A stretch of DNA of 64,000 bases from assembly GCA_038733315.1 (NCBI GenBank), contig JAVYPJ010000001.1, forward strand, positions 199,863 to 263,862. The letters run 5' to 3'. The notes beneath the pieces were generated by a model that worked only from the letters and a program-made list of their open reading frames with translations, was not told the origin of the DNA and did not search any database. Position numbers and translations under genes: made by a program. The stretch is from Candidatus Aenigmatarchaeota archaeon (lineage in GTDB: Archaea > Aenigmatarchaeota > Aenigmatarchaeia > CG10238-14 > SpSt-28). Shown piece after piece: positions 39,827 to 50,200 of the stretch; the first letter of the stretch is position 1; the number at the start of each line of letters is the position of its first letter.

Positions 39827-41311
39827 ATGTTTGAGGATTTGATAAAGGCTGTTAAAAGCTTTATAGATGCAAAAGAAGTTGAATGTGGTAAAAAAGAGGA
39901 TAGATATTTTGTTGATTTTGATTGCAGAGTTTTATATAAGAATGATATAGAAAAAATTCAAAAATTTTTGGATGAAAATTCTAAGCTAAATTACGTAATT
40001 ATAGCTTTTTCTTCTTCTTTCTCTAAGAAGCTTAATAAAGCAACTCAAAGAATTTACTTTAAAGTTTTTGAGAGTAAAGAGGAAAAGGAAAAGTTTTTAA
40101 GAGAATTGGAAGAAGCTAAGAAAAAAGATCATAGATATTTGGGAGAAAAGTTAGACATTTTTCATATAGAGGAAGATATTATTGGAAGCGGTTTACCAAT
40201 TTTTCATTTTAATGGAGCTATAATAAGAAATGAGTTAATAAATTTAATTAGAGAGGTAAATAGAAAGTTAGGATATAGAGAAGTTTTTACTCCGCATGTT
40301 TCAAAAACATTTTTATGGAAGTTAAGTGGGCACTATGATAATTATAGAGATAAGATGTTTCTTTGGAAAGAAGATGAAGATGAAATGGGATTGAAGCCGA
40401 TGAATTGCCCAATGCATTTAACGATTTTTAAGTTTAGGGTAAGAAGTTATAGGGAATTGCCTTTTAGAATTGCCGAGTTTGCTACAGTATATAGAAAAGA
40501 GCAGAGCGGAGAATTACATGGATTAGCTAGAGTATATTGCATAACTCAAGATGACCATCATTGTATTTTAACTCTTGAGCATTTAAAGGATGAAATGAAA
40601 AAAATTATTACTGAAGTAATAAATGTTTATAATATTTTTGGTTTAGAAGTTAGGTTTAAATTATCTACGAGACCAGATGATTTTATTGGAAGCTTAGAAG
40701 ATTGGGATTTTGCTGAAAAAACTTTGAAAGAGATTTTAGATGAATTAAAAATTGAGTATGAAATAAAAGAGAAGGAAGGAGCTTTTTATGGCCCTAAAAT
40801 AGACTTTGATGTAAAAGATTCTATGGGCAGATTTTGGCAGTTAGCAACAATTCAATTAGATTTTAACGTGCCGAAAAGGCTTGGAATTACTTATGTAGAT
40901 AAGGATAATAAAGAAAAGAATCCAATAATGATTCATTTCGCTATCTTAGGATCCATAGAGAGGTTCATAGCTCTGATTTTGGAGCATTTTGCTGGTAAGT
41001 TGCCATTATGGATTTCCCCTATACAAACAGCGATTTTACCAGTTTCTGAAAAATTCTTAGATGAAGCTTATAAACTAAATGAGGAATTTTTAAGGCTTGG
41101 AATAAGGTCTGAAATTTTAAGTGATGGGACTATTGAATATAGAGTTAGAGATGCCGAAATGAGATATATACCATATATAATAGTCATAGGAAAAAAAGAG
41201 GTAGAATCTGGTAATTTAACCATAAGGTATAGAGGTACTCTATTTTCTATGAATAAAGAGGAGTTCAAAAACAAAATTGTAGAAAAAATTAAAAATAGAG
41301 AAAAGGATTAA
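39827..41311 (+). CDS. thrS: Threonyl-tRNA synthetase catalytic subunit (vestigial editing domain)
   Basis: DHR.LG, KPMNCP.H, YR.EQSGELHGL.RV, GAFYGPKID, GSIERF; short N-terminus. Confidence 0.96.
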   Translation: MFEDLIKAVKSFIDAKEVECGKKEDRYFVDFDCRVLYKNDIEKIQKFLDENSKLNYVIIAFSSSFSKKLNKATQRIYFKVFESKEEKEKFLRELEEAKKKDHRYLGEKLDIFHIEEDIIGSGLPIFHFNGAIIRNELINLIREVNRKLGYREVFTPHVSKTFLWKLSGHYDNYRDKMFLWKEDEDEMGLKPMNCPMHLTIFKFRVRSYRELPFRIAEFATVYRKEQSGELHGLARVYCITQDDHHCILTLEHLKDEMKKIITEVINVYNIFGLEVRFKLSTRPDDFIGSLEDWDFAEKTLKEILDELKIEYEIKEKEGAFYGPKIDFDVKDSMGRFWQLATIQLDFNVPKRLGITYVDKDNKEKNPIMIHFAILGSIERFIALILEHFAGKLPLWISPIQTAILPVSEKFLDEAYKLNEEFLRLGIRSEILSDGTIEYRVRDAEMRYIPYIIVIGKKEVESGNLTIRYRGTLFSMNKEEFKNKIVEKIKNREKD

Positions 41312-41314
41312 AAA

Positions 41315-42049
41315 TTATTTTACTATTTCTCCTAATAATTTTATTTGCAAGATTTTTCCTACAATGCCTATTATTATTCCTAATAATATCATGCTAACAA
41401 CTTTACATAAAATTACAATAGTTTCTCCCCCTATTGTTGTTATTTCAAAATTTTTTATAGGTGCACCAAGGATTAATTGTAGAGATAGCTTCATCCCTTT
41501 TGGTATATTTTTTATTTCTTGATTTGTTTCATGCTCAAAAAGATATAATAGGCTACCAAAAATAAAGATTGAAAAGATTAAAAGTAGAAATAATATTTGC
41601 AAATTTATCATTTCCTTTTCATCTAATATTGCTGAAACAACGTTTTTATCTAATCCTGAATATTTTAAAAGCTTTAGAACTCTTAAAAGCCTTATAATTC
41701 TAAGCAATCTAAGGAACCATAAAGTACCTATTGTCTTAATCCCAAAAACATAAAAGTATCCTGAAATTACAACTAAAAGATCTATAATCCCGAAAGGGCT
41801 TAATATATAATTAGCTTTTCTATTAGAGAAATATGCTCTTAGGACGTATTCTACTGTAAATACTGCTAGTACTAAAACTTCTAGATATAGAAACAAGCTA
41901 TGATATTTTTCATGAATTTCTTCAACACTTTCTAATGCAATTACTATACAAGAAATTAGAATTAATATCGAAATAATATCATTAAATATGTGGTATGATT
42001 TAGAGTTAGTGTTGTAAAAAACATTGTATATAATTTCTGATGTTTTCAT
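41315..42049 (-). CDS. 6-TM voltage-gated ion channel-like protein with non-canonical pore
   Basis: F..EY.LR, IIDLL, S4 LRLLRIIRLLRVLKL; no TVGYG filter. Confidence 0.8.
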   Translation of the reverse strand: MKTSEIIYNVFYNTNSKSYHIFNDIISILILISCIVIALESVEEIHEKYHSLFLYLEVLVLAVFTVEYVLRAYFSNRKANYILSPFGIIDLLVVISGYFYVFGIKTIGTLWFLRLLRIIRLLRVLKLLKYSGLDKNVVSAILDEKEMINLQILFLLLIFSIFIFGSLLYLFEHETNQEIKNIPKGMKLSLQLILGAPIKNFEITTIGGETIVILCKVVSMILLGIIIGIVGKILQIKLLGEIVK

Positions 42050-42152
42050 AAAATATTAAAAATAAAAAAGTCTTAATTATCAAAACGCTTTAACTCAAAT
42101 ATATTAAAGGAGCGTGCTGAAAAAATAAAAACTCGATTTAAATTTATATTTT

Positions 42153-45100
42153 ATGAAATATGAGCTGAGAGTAAAAATAGGTGAGTTTATAAGGAAGATA
42201 AATTCTGCGAATTCTATTTATGATTTGTTTAGACTACTGAATTATCCTAATGAAGTATTGTTAAATGTTCAGTTTAAAAGAAATCTAGAAGATTTTCAAA
42301 TTAAAGAAGAAATAAAAGAAAAAATTAACAAAATTTATACTGTTTTGCATTTTGATAGAAATTTTTTCGTATTTATAGTAGAGTTGAAGCATGGAGCATC
42401 TTTTTCTTCAACACTAATTAAAGAAGTAGCAAAAAGTTTTTCAAAAAAGTATGAGAATTTTTTTCTGATTTTTACTTCTTCAGATTATTATACTCTTCTC
42501 TTCGTTTTTCCAGAATTTGAGAGAATTGATGTTGGAAAATATAAATTAAAGATAACTAAACTGTTTTTACAGAGAGATGATCCATATTATACTGCGATAG
42601 AAGTTTTATCAAATTTATATTATGAAGAAGAAAAGAATTGGATAGATGTATATAATAAATGGAGGGAAGCTTTTAGTGTAGAAAGAGTAACGAAAGAATT
42701 TTTTGAAGATTATAAAAGTATATTTTTTAAGATTAGAGAAGAGCTTAGAAAACAAGGAATAAGCAAAAGTGATTCGCATGAGTTTGCATTACAATTACTA
42801 AATAGGATAATGTTTATATATTTCATAGCTAAAAAGGGTTGGTTAAATAAAGATAAGAGGTTTATGAAAACTTTTTGGAATAGCTATAAAGAAGAGGTTA
42901 AAAAAGGTAATGTAGAGAAAAACACTTTTTATAGCGTGTGGTTAAAAAATTTATTCTTTAAAGCTTTTAATAATAGACAAAACGAAATAAAAGATTTGCC
43001 AGAATATTGGATTAAGGTTTTTTCTAATTTTCCGTATTTAAATGGTGGTTTATTTTTAGAGAATAGACTCGATAAATTAGATGTAAAGCTAAACGATGAT
43101 CTATTTTCAGAAATTTTTGAAATTTTCGACAAATATAACTTTACAATAAAAGAGGATATGCCATTAGAGCAAGAGGTAGCAGTAGATCCTGTAATGATAG
43201 GTTATGTTTACGAATCGCTAGCACAAGTTGCTGAAGAAATTTACGATAGAAATGATTTAGGAATTTTTTACACCCCACGTATTGAAATCGATTTTATGTG
43301 CAGAAGAGCTTTAGTAGAATATCTTTCTAAACACCTTCCAGACATTCCTAAGGAAAAAATTTATGAATTAGTATTTGATGAAGAAAAAGAAAACGTTGAA
43401 AAATTCTTTACAGAAATTAACGCTTGGAGGAGAATAGAAGAGGCATTAGATAATCTTACTGTAGTTGATCCTGCTTGTGGTTCTGGTAGCTTTCTGGTTG
43501 GAATGATGAATGTGCTATTTGAACTTTATAAAATTATTTACAAAAACTTAAATAGAAAGTGGAATGCCTTTAATTTAAAGAGTTCTATCGTAAGCAGATC
43601 TTTATATGGAGTTGATGTAATGCCTTGGGCTATTCGTGCTGCCGAGTTAAGATTATGGCTTCAATTAATTATAGAAGAAGAATTTACTCCAGAACAACTA
43701 AAAGAAAAACCTTTGTTACCAAATTTTGAATTTAATTTGCGTGTAGGGGATTCGATTGTACAAGAGATAGATGGAATTATTTTTGATTTAAAGAATATTC
43801 AGCTTTCGGAAAAATTAAAAAAGAAGCTCTATGATTTAAAAAAAGAGAAAGAAAATTATTATAATAACTTAAAAATGAAGTTTCAAAGTAAAGAGGATAT
43901 TCTTGCTGAAGAAATAAGATTATTTGAGGAAATAATTGAAGAACGATTATTAGATTTAAAAGAAAATACTGAAAAGCTTAAAGAAAAACTCAAAAGATTA
44001 GAAAAAGGTATACAAAAAGACTTGTTTGGAAGAACAATAAAAACTCCAGAAGAAGAAATTAAAAAAGTTAAAGATGAAATTGAATCAATTTTATCAGAAA
44101 TAAATAAATTAGAGGAATTGAAAAGTAAATTAAAAGAAGCAATAAGGAATCCAGAATTAAAACCATTTGTTTGGGAAATAGATTTTGCAGAGATTTTTAG
44201 TACTAAAGGAGGATTTGACATAGTTATAGGTAATCCACCTTACGTTAGGCAAGAAAAAATTTCTCCACCAACCAAAATTAAATCCAAAGTAACTCTAGAA
44301 GATAAGAGAGAATATAAGGAAAAATTGTTCAAAGCTGTAAATTCTAGATTTCCAGTTATAGAAAAAATAGATAAAAAAAGCGATTATTATGTTTACTTTT
44401 ACTTTTATGGTTTATCTTTATTAAATGAAAAAGGTGTTTTTTGTTTTATAACTTCAAATTCATGGCTAGATGTAGAATTTGGTAAAGATTTACAAGAGTT
44501 CTTATTGAAATATGTTCCGATAATTGCTATTTACGATTATCCAACAAGATCTTTTGAGCATGCAGATATAAATACAATAATTGCTTTATTTGGTGCTCCT
44601 TATCCTGAGGCAAGAGATAAATTTTCTAGCTTTAAATGGCCAGCATTAAACAATGTTGCAAAATTTGTGGTGTTCAAAAAACCTATTAAAGATATCATGA
44701 ATTCAAGAATTCTTATAGAAATAGAAAAAATAAAACCAAAAGTAAAAGGTGGTAAAATATTTGATTTAGTAAATAATATAGAAGAGAATGAAAACTATAA
44801 AGTTTTTTCAATATATCAAGAAGATTTGCTAGAAGATGGTTGGGAATATCCAGAAGGTTATGATAAAAGTAAAGGTAAATTTAAAGAAGGTAATTATGTT
44901 GGCAATAAGTGGGGTGGAAAATATTTAAGAGCACCAACGATTTATTGGAAAATTTTGGAAAAAGGAAAAGATAAATTAGTAAGATTGGGAGACATTGCTG
45001 AGATAAGGTTTGGTATTAAAACAGGTGCTAATGAATTCTTTTATCTTAAACCTATTGGAAAAACTGTAAAAGAAGTTGTAGAAATTGCAAAGAAAAATCC

Positions 45101-45896
45101 AAATGCTTTAATTAGAGTTAGAAATGGTGCTGGTTGGGAGGGAAGAATTGAAGCAAAATTCTTAAAACCAGTAATTAAAAGTCCAAGAGAGCTTAAATCA
45201 ATAACTGTAAGGCTTGAAGATTTACGTTATCTTGTTTTCATGTGCAATAAATCAAAAGAAGAGTTGAAGGGAACAAAAGCTCTAGAGTACATAAAATGGG
45301 GCGAAAAACAAGGTTTTAACAAAAACCCAACTTGCAAGGGAAGAGCAAGATGGTGGGATTTGGGTGAGTGGAAAATAAGTAAAAATATTTTGCCTATGTT
45401 TGAAAATGAAAGAAAATATTGTTTTTATAATGACGCAAATGCTTATATAGATGCAGCTCTTTATTGGTGTTATTCAAAAGGTATAGATGAATCCTACTTA
45501 AATTTACTATTAAATAGTATGCTTATAGGGTTGTGGAAAGAGATTTTATGTAGACCACCTGAGGGTTTAGGAGCCTTACAAATGAAGGTATATCATTATT
45601 CGGAAATGCCAGTACCAAATATTAAAAATCTAAAATTTGATAAATTAATTTTTGATAAATTTATCAAAAGAAAAATCCCAACAATATTCGAAGAACTAGG
45701 TTTCGATCCAAACAAACCAATTAGAGAGCAGGAACCAAATCCACTTCCAGACAGAAAAGTTCTAGACGATATAGTTTTTGATGCTTTAGGATTAACAGAA
45801 GAAGAAAGAAAAGAAGTTTATTGGGCTGTTGCAGAGTTAGTAAAAAGTAGATTGGAGAAGGCAAGGAGTATAGAAAAAAAGAAGGAAAAAATATGA
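42153..45896 (+). CDS. Large gamma-class N6-adenine DNA methyltransferase (Eco57I/TaqI-like)
   Basis: PYLNGGLF, G.FYTP, DPACGSGSF, GFDIVIGNPPY, C-terminal target recognition region. Confidence 0.92.
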   Translation: MKYELRVKIGEFIRKINSANSIYDLFRLLNYPNEVLLNVQFKRNLEDFQIKEEIKEKINKIYTVLHFDRNFFVFIVELKHGASFSSTLIKEVAKSFSKKYENFFLIFTSSDYYTLLFVFPEFERIDVGKYKLKITKLFLQRDDPYYTAIEVLSNLYYEEEKNWIDVYNKWREAFSVERVTKEFFEDYKSIFFKIREELRKQGISKSDSHEFALQLLNRIMFIYFIAKKGWLNKDKRFMKTFWNSYKEEVKKGNVEKNTFYSVWLKNLFFKAFNNRQNEIKDLPEYWIKVFSNFPYLNGGLFLENRLDKLDVKLNDDLFSEIFEIFDKYNFTIKEDMPLEQEVAVDPVMIGYVYESLAQVAEEIYDRNDLGIFYTPRIEIDFMCRRALVEYLSKHLPDIPKEKIYELVFDEEKENVEKFFTEINAWRRIEEALDNLTVVDPACGSGSFLVGMMNVLFELYKIIYKNLNRKWNAFNLKSSIVSRSLYGVDVMPWAIRAAELRLWLQLIIEEEFTPEQLKEKPLLPNFEFNLRVGDSIVQEIDGIIFDLKNIQLSEKLKKKLYDLKKEKENYYNNLKMKFQSKEDILAEEIRLFEEIIEERLLDLKENTEKLKEKLKRLEKGIQKDLFGRTIKTPEEEIKKVKDEIESILSEINKLEELKSKLKEAIRNPELKPFVWEIDFAEIFSTKGGFDIVIGNPPYVRQEKISPPTKIKSKVTLEDKREYKEKLFKAVNSRFPVIEKIDKKSDYYVYFYFYGLSLLNEKGVFCFITSNSWLDVEFGKDLQEFLLKYVPIIAIYDYPTRSFEHADINTIIALFGAPYPEARDKFSSFKWPALNNVAKFVVFKKPIKDIMNSRILIEIEKIKPKVKGGKIFDLVNNIEENENYKVFSIYQEDLLEDGWEYPEGYDKSKGKFKEGNYVGNKWGGKYLRAPTIYWKILEKGKDKLVRLGDIAEIRFGIKTGANEFFYLKPIGKTVKEVVEIAKKNPNALIRVRNGAGWEGRIEAKFLKPVIKSPRELKSITVRLEDLRYLVFMCNKSKEELKGTKALEYIKWGEKQGFNKNPTCKGRARWWDLGEWKISKNILPMFENERKYCFYNDANAYIDAALYWCYSKGIDESYLNLLLNSMLIGLWKEILCRPPEGLGALQMKVYHYSEMPVPNIKNLKFDKLIFDKFIKRKIPTIFEELGFDPNKPIREQEPNPLPDRKVLDDIVFDALGLTEEERKEVYWAVAELVKSRLEKARSIEKKKEKI

Positions 45897-48800
45897 ATAT
45901 TTACGAAAAGGAAATAATAGATAATAGTGAAGGTAATAAGTTGTTAGATTATATAATTAGCTACCTTAAAACTAAACCTGAAACAAGTATAGATATAGCA
46001 ACACCATATTTCGATATAAAAGCCTTCATAAGGGTTAAAGATTATCTAAAAAATGTAAAAAGATTTAGATTGCTCTTAGGAAAGCCGATTGAAGTTACTA
46101 CCAAGGAAATTACGTTAGGAGAAGAATTATTAAAAATGATTAGAGAAGAAGTTGAAAACTTTGAATTAAAAAAAGAAAATGAGGAAAATATAAAAAATTT
46201 TATAGAATTTTTAAAAAAAGATAATGTTGAGGTAAGATTATTTAAAGGATTTCTACATGGCAAGGCGATAATTTTCGATGATTTAGTTATCGTTGGTTCT
46301 TCAAATTTCACAGAAGCAGGTTTAACAAGAGAGGGCGAGTTAAATTCTATTTCTAGAAAATCTTATGCTGAATATGCTAGAAAAGAGTGGTTTGAAAAAT
46401 TTTGGGCGAAATCAGAAGATTTTAAAAACAAACTAATTGAAGAGTTAGAAAATTCTAGATTTGGAGATAAAGAATATACACCCTATGAAATTTTTATAAA
46501 GGCTATATACGAGCTTCAAAAAAATGAAATAAAAACTAAATCTGAAAATGAGAAATATGGAATACCATCTAAGGTTGAGTTAACGGAATTTCAAGAAGAT
46601 GCTATACCAAGAATATATTCTAGGTTGGAAAAATATGGTGGCATATTAATAGCAGATTCTGTTGGATTAGGTAAAACATGGATAGCGAAAAAAATAATAG
46701 AAGATTTTGGATTTTATAGGAGAAAAAGTTATTTAGTAATTTGTCCAGCGCAACTTAGAGATAGTTTATGGAGAAAAGAGCTTAAAGATTTGTCATTAGC
46801 CGAAAATATAATATCCCACGAAGAATTATCTTCATCAGATTTTCTTAATAAAGTAAGAAGAGCTATTGGTAAGGATAATTTAAAAAACATAGAATTAATA
46901 GTTGTAGACGAAAGTCACAATTTCAGAAATCCATATTCAAATAGATGGGAAAACTTTCTTAGATTATACGAAGCTATAAGAAAAAATGAAGGAAATCCTA
47001 AAATAGTTTTTTTAACGGCAACACCTATTAATAATACAATCTGGGATCTTTATTGGCAAATAATACTACTTGTTGGAATGAGGGAAGATGCCTTTATAAA
47101 GGCAAACATTCCAAATTTATTGCAGTTTTTTAAGGAAGTGGAAAAAATTGGAGATTTCTCAATACTAAGTGATTTATTAAACGAAATTTCTATTCGTAGA
47201 ACTAGAGATTATATAGTAAAAAATTATCCAAATGCAACAATAAACGGAAAACCAATAAAATTTCCGAAAAGAATTCTAAAAAACATAAGGTATGACTTAA
47301 ATAAAACGTATAGAGGAATGTTTAAACAAATTTCGGAATATATAACAGAAGGTTTAACTATGGCTTCTTATAGAATTTTAGAGTATAAAAAAGGCACTAG
47401 AACTAAAGATGAAGAAATGGAAATAAGAAGAATGAACGCATTAACCGGAATTCTAAGGACAATACTTCTAAAGAGGTTCGAAAGTAGTGTAGAAGCTTTT
47501 AGAATTAGTATAAGAAACCAAATTCTTTTTTTAGAAAAATTGAGAGAATATCTTAAGGAAGGAAAATATATATCAAAAAAAGATTATAACAAAATTTTCG
47601 GGAGATACTTAACGAGCTTAGATGAAGAGACTATAAAATTTGAAGAAGAAGAATTAAATAAAGCTTTAAAAGAAATAAATCTCAATGAATTCGATAAAGA
47701 AAAATTGTTCGAGGACATAGAAAAAGACATTAAGACTTTAAATAAAATATACAATAAGGTTGAAAAGATTACTCCAGATAAAGATGAAAAATTAAATACT
47801 GTAAAGAAACATTTGTTAGAGTTATCTAAAATAGGACAAACTATAATATTTACTTACTATGAAGATACTTTAAATTACATATACAGACAAGTTGTTAATT
47901 CAAAAGAGTTTAAAGGATTAAGGATAGAAAAAATAAGTGGTAGCACTCCTATTAATGAGAGAGAAAGAATAGTAAGTGATTTCTTAAATAGAAAAATCAA
48001 CATATTAATTAGTACTGATGTTCTATCAGAAGGTATGAATTTGCAGTCCGGTAAAATAGTGCTCAATTACGATTTACACTGGAATCCTATAGTAATGATA
48101 CAAAGAGCAGGAAGAATAGATCGTATAGGGTCTCCGTATGATGAGATATTTGTTTATAATGTCTTTCCAGATAAAGAGCTAGATGAATTATTAAGATTAG
48201 TAGAAATATTGCAAGAAAAAATTAGAAATATAGACGAATCAATAGGTTTAGATCAAAGGATTTTAGGTGAAAAAATACATCCTAAGGTATTTGGTATAAT
48301 AAGAAGAATAGTAAGGGGAGATTCGAGGGTATTTGAAGATTTGGAAGAAATTAGTTTTGGTGGCGGAGAAATATTTTATCAACCACTAAGGAAGTTTATT
48401 AATGAAAAAGGCATAGAAGCTATAGAGAAAATTCCTTATGGTGTACACAGCGGATTAAAAAAAGGTAAGATAAGGGGAATTTTCTTTTACTATAAATACA
48501 AAGACGATTATGATTTTTGGTATTTGTATGATTTGGAAAAAAACAAATTTATAATCAATAAAACAGAAATAATAAAATATATATCTTGCTCACCCGAAGA
48601 AAAAAGAGTGATACCAGATTTTTTTAACATAGTATATGAAATTAATCAGAAAGTAGTGGAGGATATTGAAAGAACATACGTAAATATTCAGCAAAGAAAA
48701 TTTGAATCATTGGAAAAATTTAGCATGCATATGTCTACGAAATTTATTGTTGACATGATAAGAGAAATTGATGTGATGAAAAAAAGATTTGAGGATTATG

Positions 48801-49039
48801 AAATGATAAATAAATTAAATGAAATAAAAGAAAAACTAATGAATATATTTATATCGAAATCAAGAATAAGAAAGTTGAGAAAGATGTGGAGAGAGTATAT
48901 AAAAAATAAAGAATTTCAAGAATTTATAAATAAGCTTTACGAGTTTTTAGAGAATGTTGTAATAAAAAAAGAAGAGGTAAAACTTGAGGAGTTTGATAAA
49001 AAACATTTAAAATTGGTCGTTGTAGATTTTATATCATAG
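45893..49039 (+). CDS. PLD nuclease-SNF2-like helicase fusion
   Basis: LHGKAIIFD...GSSNFT (HKD), ADSVGLGKT, DESH, LTATP, STDVLSEGMNLQ, WNP....QRAGRIDR; ATGA overlap with MTase. Confidence 0.92.
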   Translation: MNIYEKEIIDNSEGNKLLDYIISYLKTKPETSIDIATPYFDIKAFIRVKDYLKNVKRFRLLLGKPIEVTTKEITLGEELLKMIREEVENFELKKENEENIKNFIEFLKKDNVEVRLFKGFLHGKAIIFDDLVIVGSSNFTEAGLTREGELNSISRKSYAEYARKEWFEKFWAKSEDFKNKLIEELENSRFGDKEYTPYEIFIKAIYELQKNEIKTKSENEKYGIPSKVELTEFQEDAIPRIYSRLEKYGGILIADSVGLGKTWIAKKIIEDFGFYRRKSYLVICPAQLRDSLWRKELKDLSLAENIISHEELSSSDFLNKVRRAIGKDNLKNIELIVVDESHNFRNPYSNRWENFLRLYEAIRKNEGNPKIVFLTATPINNTIWDLYWQIILLVGMREDAFIKANIPNLLQFFKEVEKIGDFSILSDLLNEISIRRTRDYIVKNYPNATINGKPIKFPKRILKNIRYDLNKTYRGMFKQISEYITEGLTMASYRILEYKKGTRTKDEEMEIRRMNALTGILRTILLKRFESSVEAFRISIRNQILFLEKLREYLKEGKYISKKDYNKIFGRYLTSLDEETIKFEEEELNKALKEINLNEFDKEKLFEDIEKDIKTLNKIYNKVEKITPDKDEKLNTVKKHLLELSKIGQTIIFTYYEDTLNYIYRQVVNSKEFKGLRIEKISGSTPINERERIVSDFLNRKINILISTDVLSEGMNLQSGKIVLNYDLHWNPIVMIQRAGRIDRIGSPYDEIFVYNVFPDKELDELLRLVEILQEKIRNIDESIGLDQRILGEKIHPKVFGIIRRIVRGDSRVFEDLEEISFGGGEIFYQPLRKFINEKGIEAIEKIPYGVHSGLKKGKIRGIFFYYKYKDDYDFWYLYDLEKNKFIINKTEIIKYISCSPEEKRVIPDFFNIVYEINQKVVEDIERTYVNIQQRKFESLEKFSMHMSTKFIVDMIREIDVMKKRFEDYEMINKLNEIKEKLMNIFISKSRIRKLRKMWREYIKNKEFQEFINKLYEFLENVVIKKEEVKLEEFDKKHLKLVVVDFIS

Positions 49040-49089
49040 ATACAAAAATCAATATTTTTAAATACATCTAATTTCCATTTAATATTATT

Positions 49090-50184
49090 ATGTTCCTAAT
49101 TTTCGACCCAATATACATAGTACTAGCAATCTTTGGATATCTCTTAATGTTTATTTTAGCCGGTTTCATAGCTCCAAGGGTTGCAAACAAATTTGCTGGC
49201 AGATTCTCTCTATACACATCTATGTTTATTTTAGCGGCTATGGTTATTTTTTCTTTTAGTTTTGTAATTATTCTTATTTTTTACGTATTAAATACTCAAT
49301 TAGATTTAGGAGTTTATGAGATATCTTCACTGTTTTTTGGAGTAATTTTATTGGTTTTTATCTCTAATCTAATTACTTACATTCTATCGCCGCTAATAAT
49401 AAATTTTCTATATGGTGTAAGAGAAGATAGTAAAATACAAAAGATAGTAGATGAAGTTAAAAAAGAATTGAATTATAAAGGAAAAATAAAGGGTATGATA
49501 GCTACTAATTTCTCTTTACCAAACGCTTTTGCCTATGGCAATTTTATATTTGGTAAGTATGTTGCTGTAACTAGTGGAATGATAAATTTGGTAAATGAAA
49601 AGGAGTTAAAAGCAGTTATAGGGCATGAAATTGGTCATCATATGCATAGAGACAATGCAGTAATGCTTCTTTTCGGACTATTACCATCTATAATATACTT
49701 TTTAGGATATTTTTTGATAAGAATTTCAATATTTTCAGGCTCTTCAGAAAGAGAATCTAGAGGAAATATACTTCTATTAGCTCTTGGTATATTCGCTGTT
49801 ATAATCTCATTTATTATCCAAATATTAGTATTAGCGTTTAGTAGATTAAGAGAATATTTCGCAGATATAGAGGGTGCAAAATCTGCTGGAAAATTAAGTA
49901 TGCAATCTTCTCTTGCTAAGCTGCACTATTATTATGAAGCTAACTTAGATGTTCTAAATGAGTTAAGAAACAACCAAACAAAAACTTTATTTATATATGC
50001 CTTTACTCAAGCTATAGCAAATCCATTTGCAAATTTAGATAATGCTTTATCAAAAAGCTCGAGTATTGAAAAGAAAAGAATAGAGGAGCTAAAGAAATTA
50101 GAAGTCTCTAGTATTCAAGAGTTTTTATCTACTCATCCACCAATTCCAAAAAGGCTAAGATTTTTAGATACTTTAAAAGATTAA
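49090..50184 (+). CDS. htpX: HtpX-family (M48) zinc metalloprotease
   Basis: PNAFAYG, HEIGH, SR.REY.AD, STHPP...R. Confidence 0.93.
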   Translation: MFLIFDPIYIVLAIFGYLLMFILAGFIAPRVANKFAGRFSLYTSMFILAAMVIFSFSFVIILIFYVLNTQLDLGVYEISSLFFGVILLVFISNLITYILSPLIINFLYGVREDSKIQKIVDEVKKELNYKGKIKGMIATNFSLPNAFAYGNFIFGKYVAVTSGMINLVNEKELKAVIGHEIGHHMHRDNAVMLLFGLLPSIIYFLGYFLIRISIFSGSSERESRGNILLLALGIFAVIISFIIQILVLAFSRLREYFADIEGAKSAGKLSMQSSLAKLHYYYEANLDVLNELRNNQTKTLFIYAFTQAIANPFANLDNALSKSSSIEKKRIEELKKLEVSSIQEFLSTHPPIPKRLRFLDTLKD

Positions 50185-50200
50185 ATCTTTGAAGAAATAA

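Noticed and set aside
42070..42120. AAGGAGCGTG-CTGA resembling a D-box guide
   Set aside because: No recognisable C or C' box, and only about 7 nt of possible rRNA complementarity.
42153..49039. Calling the module DISARM or BREX
   Set aside because: drmA/drmB and pglZ/brxC are absent from the neighbourhood.
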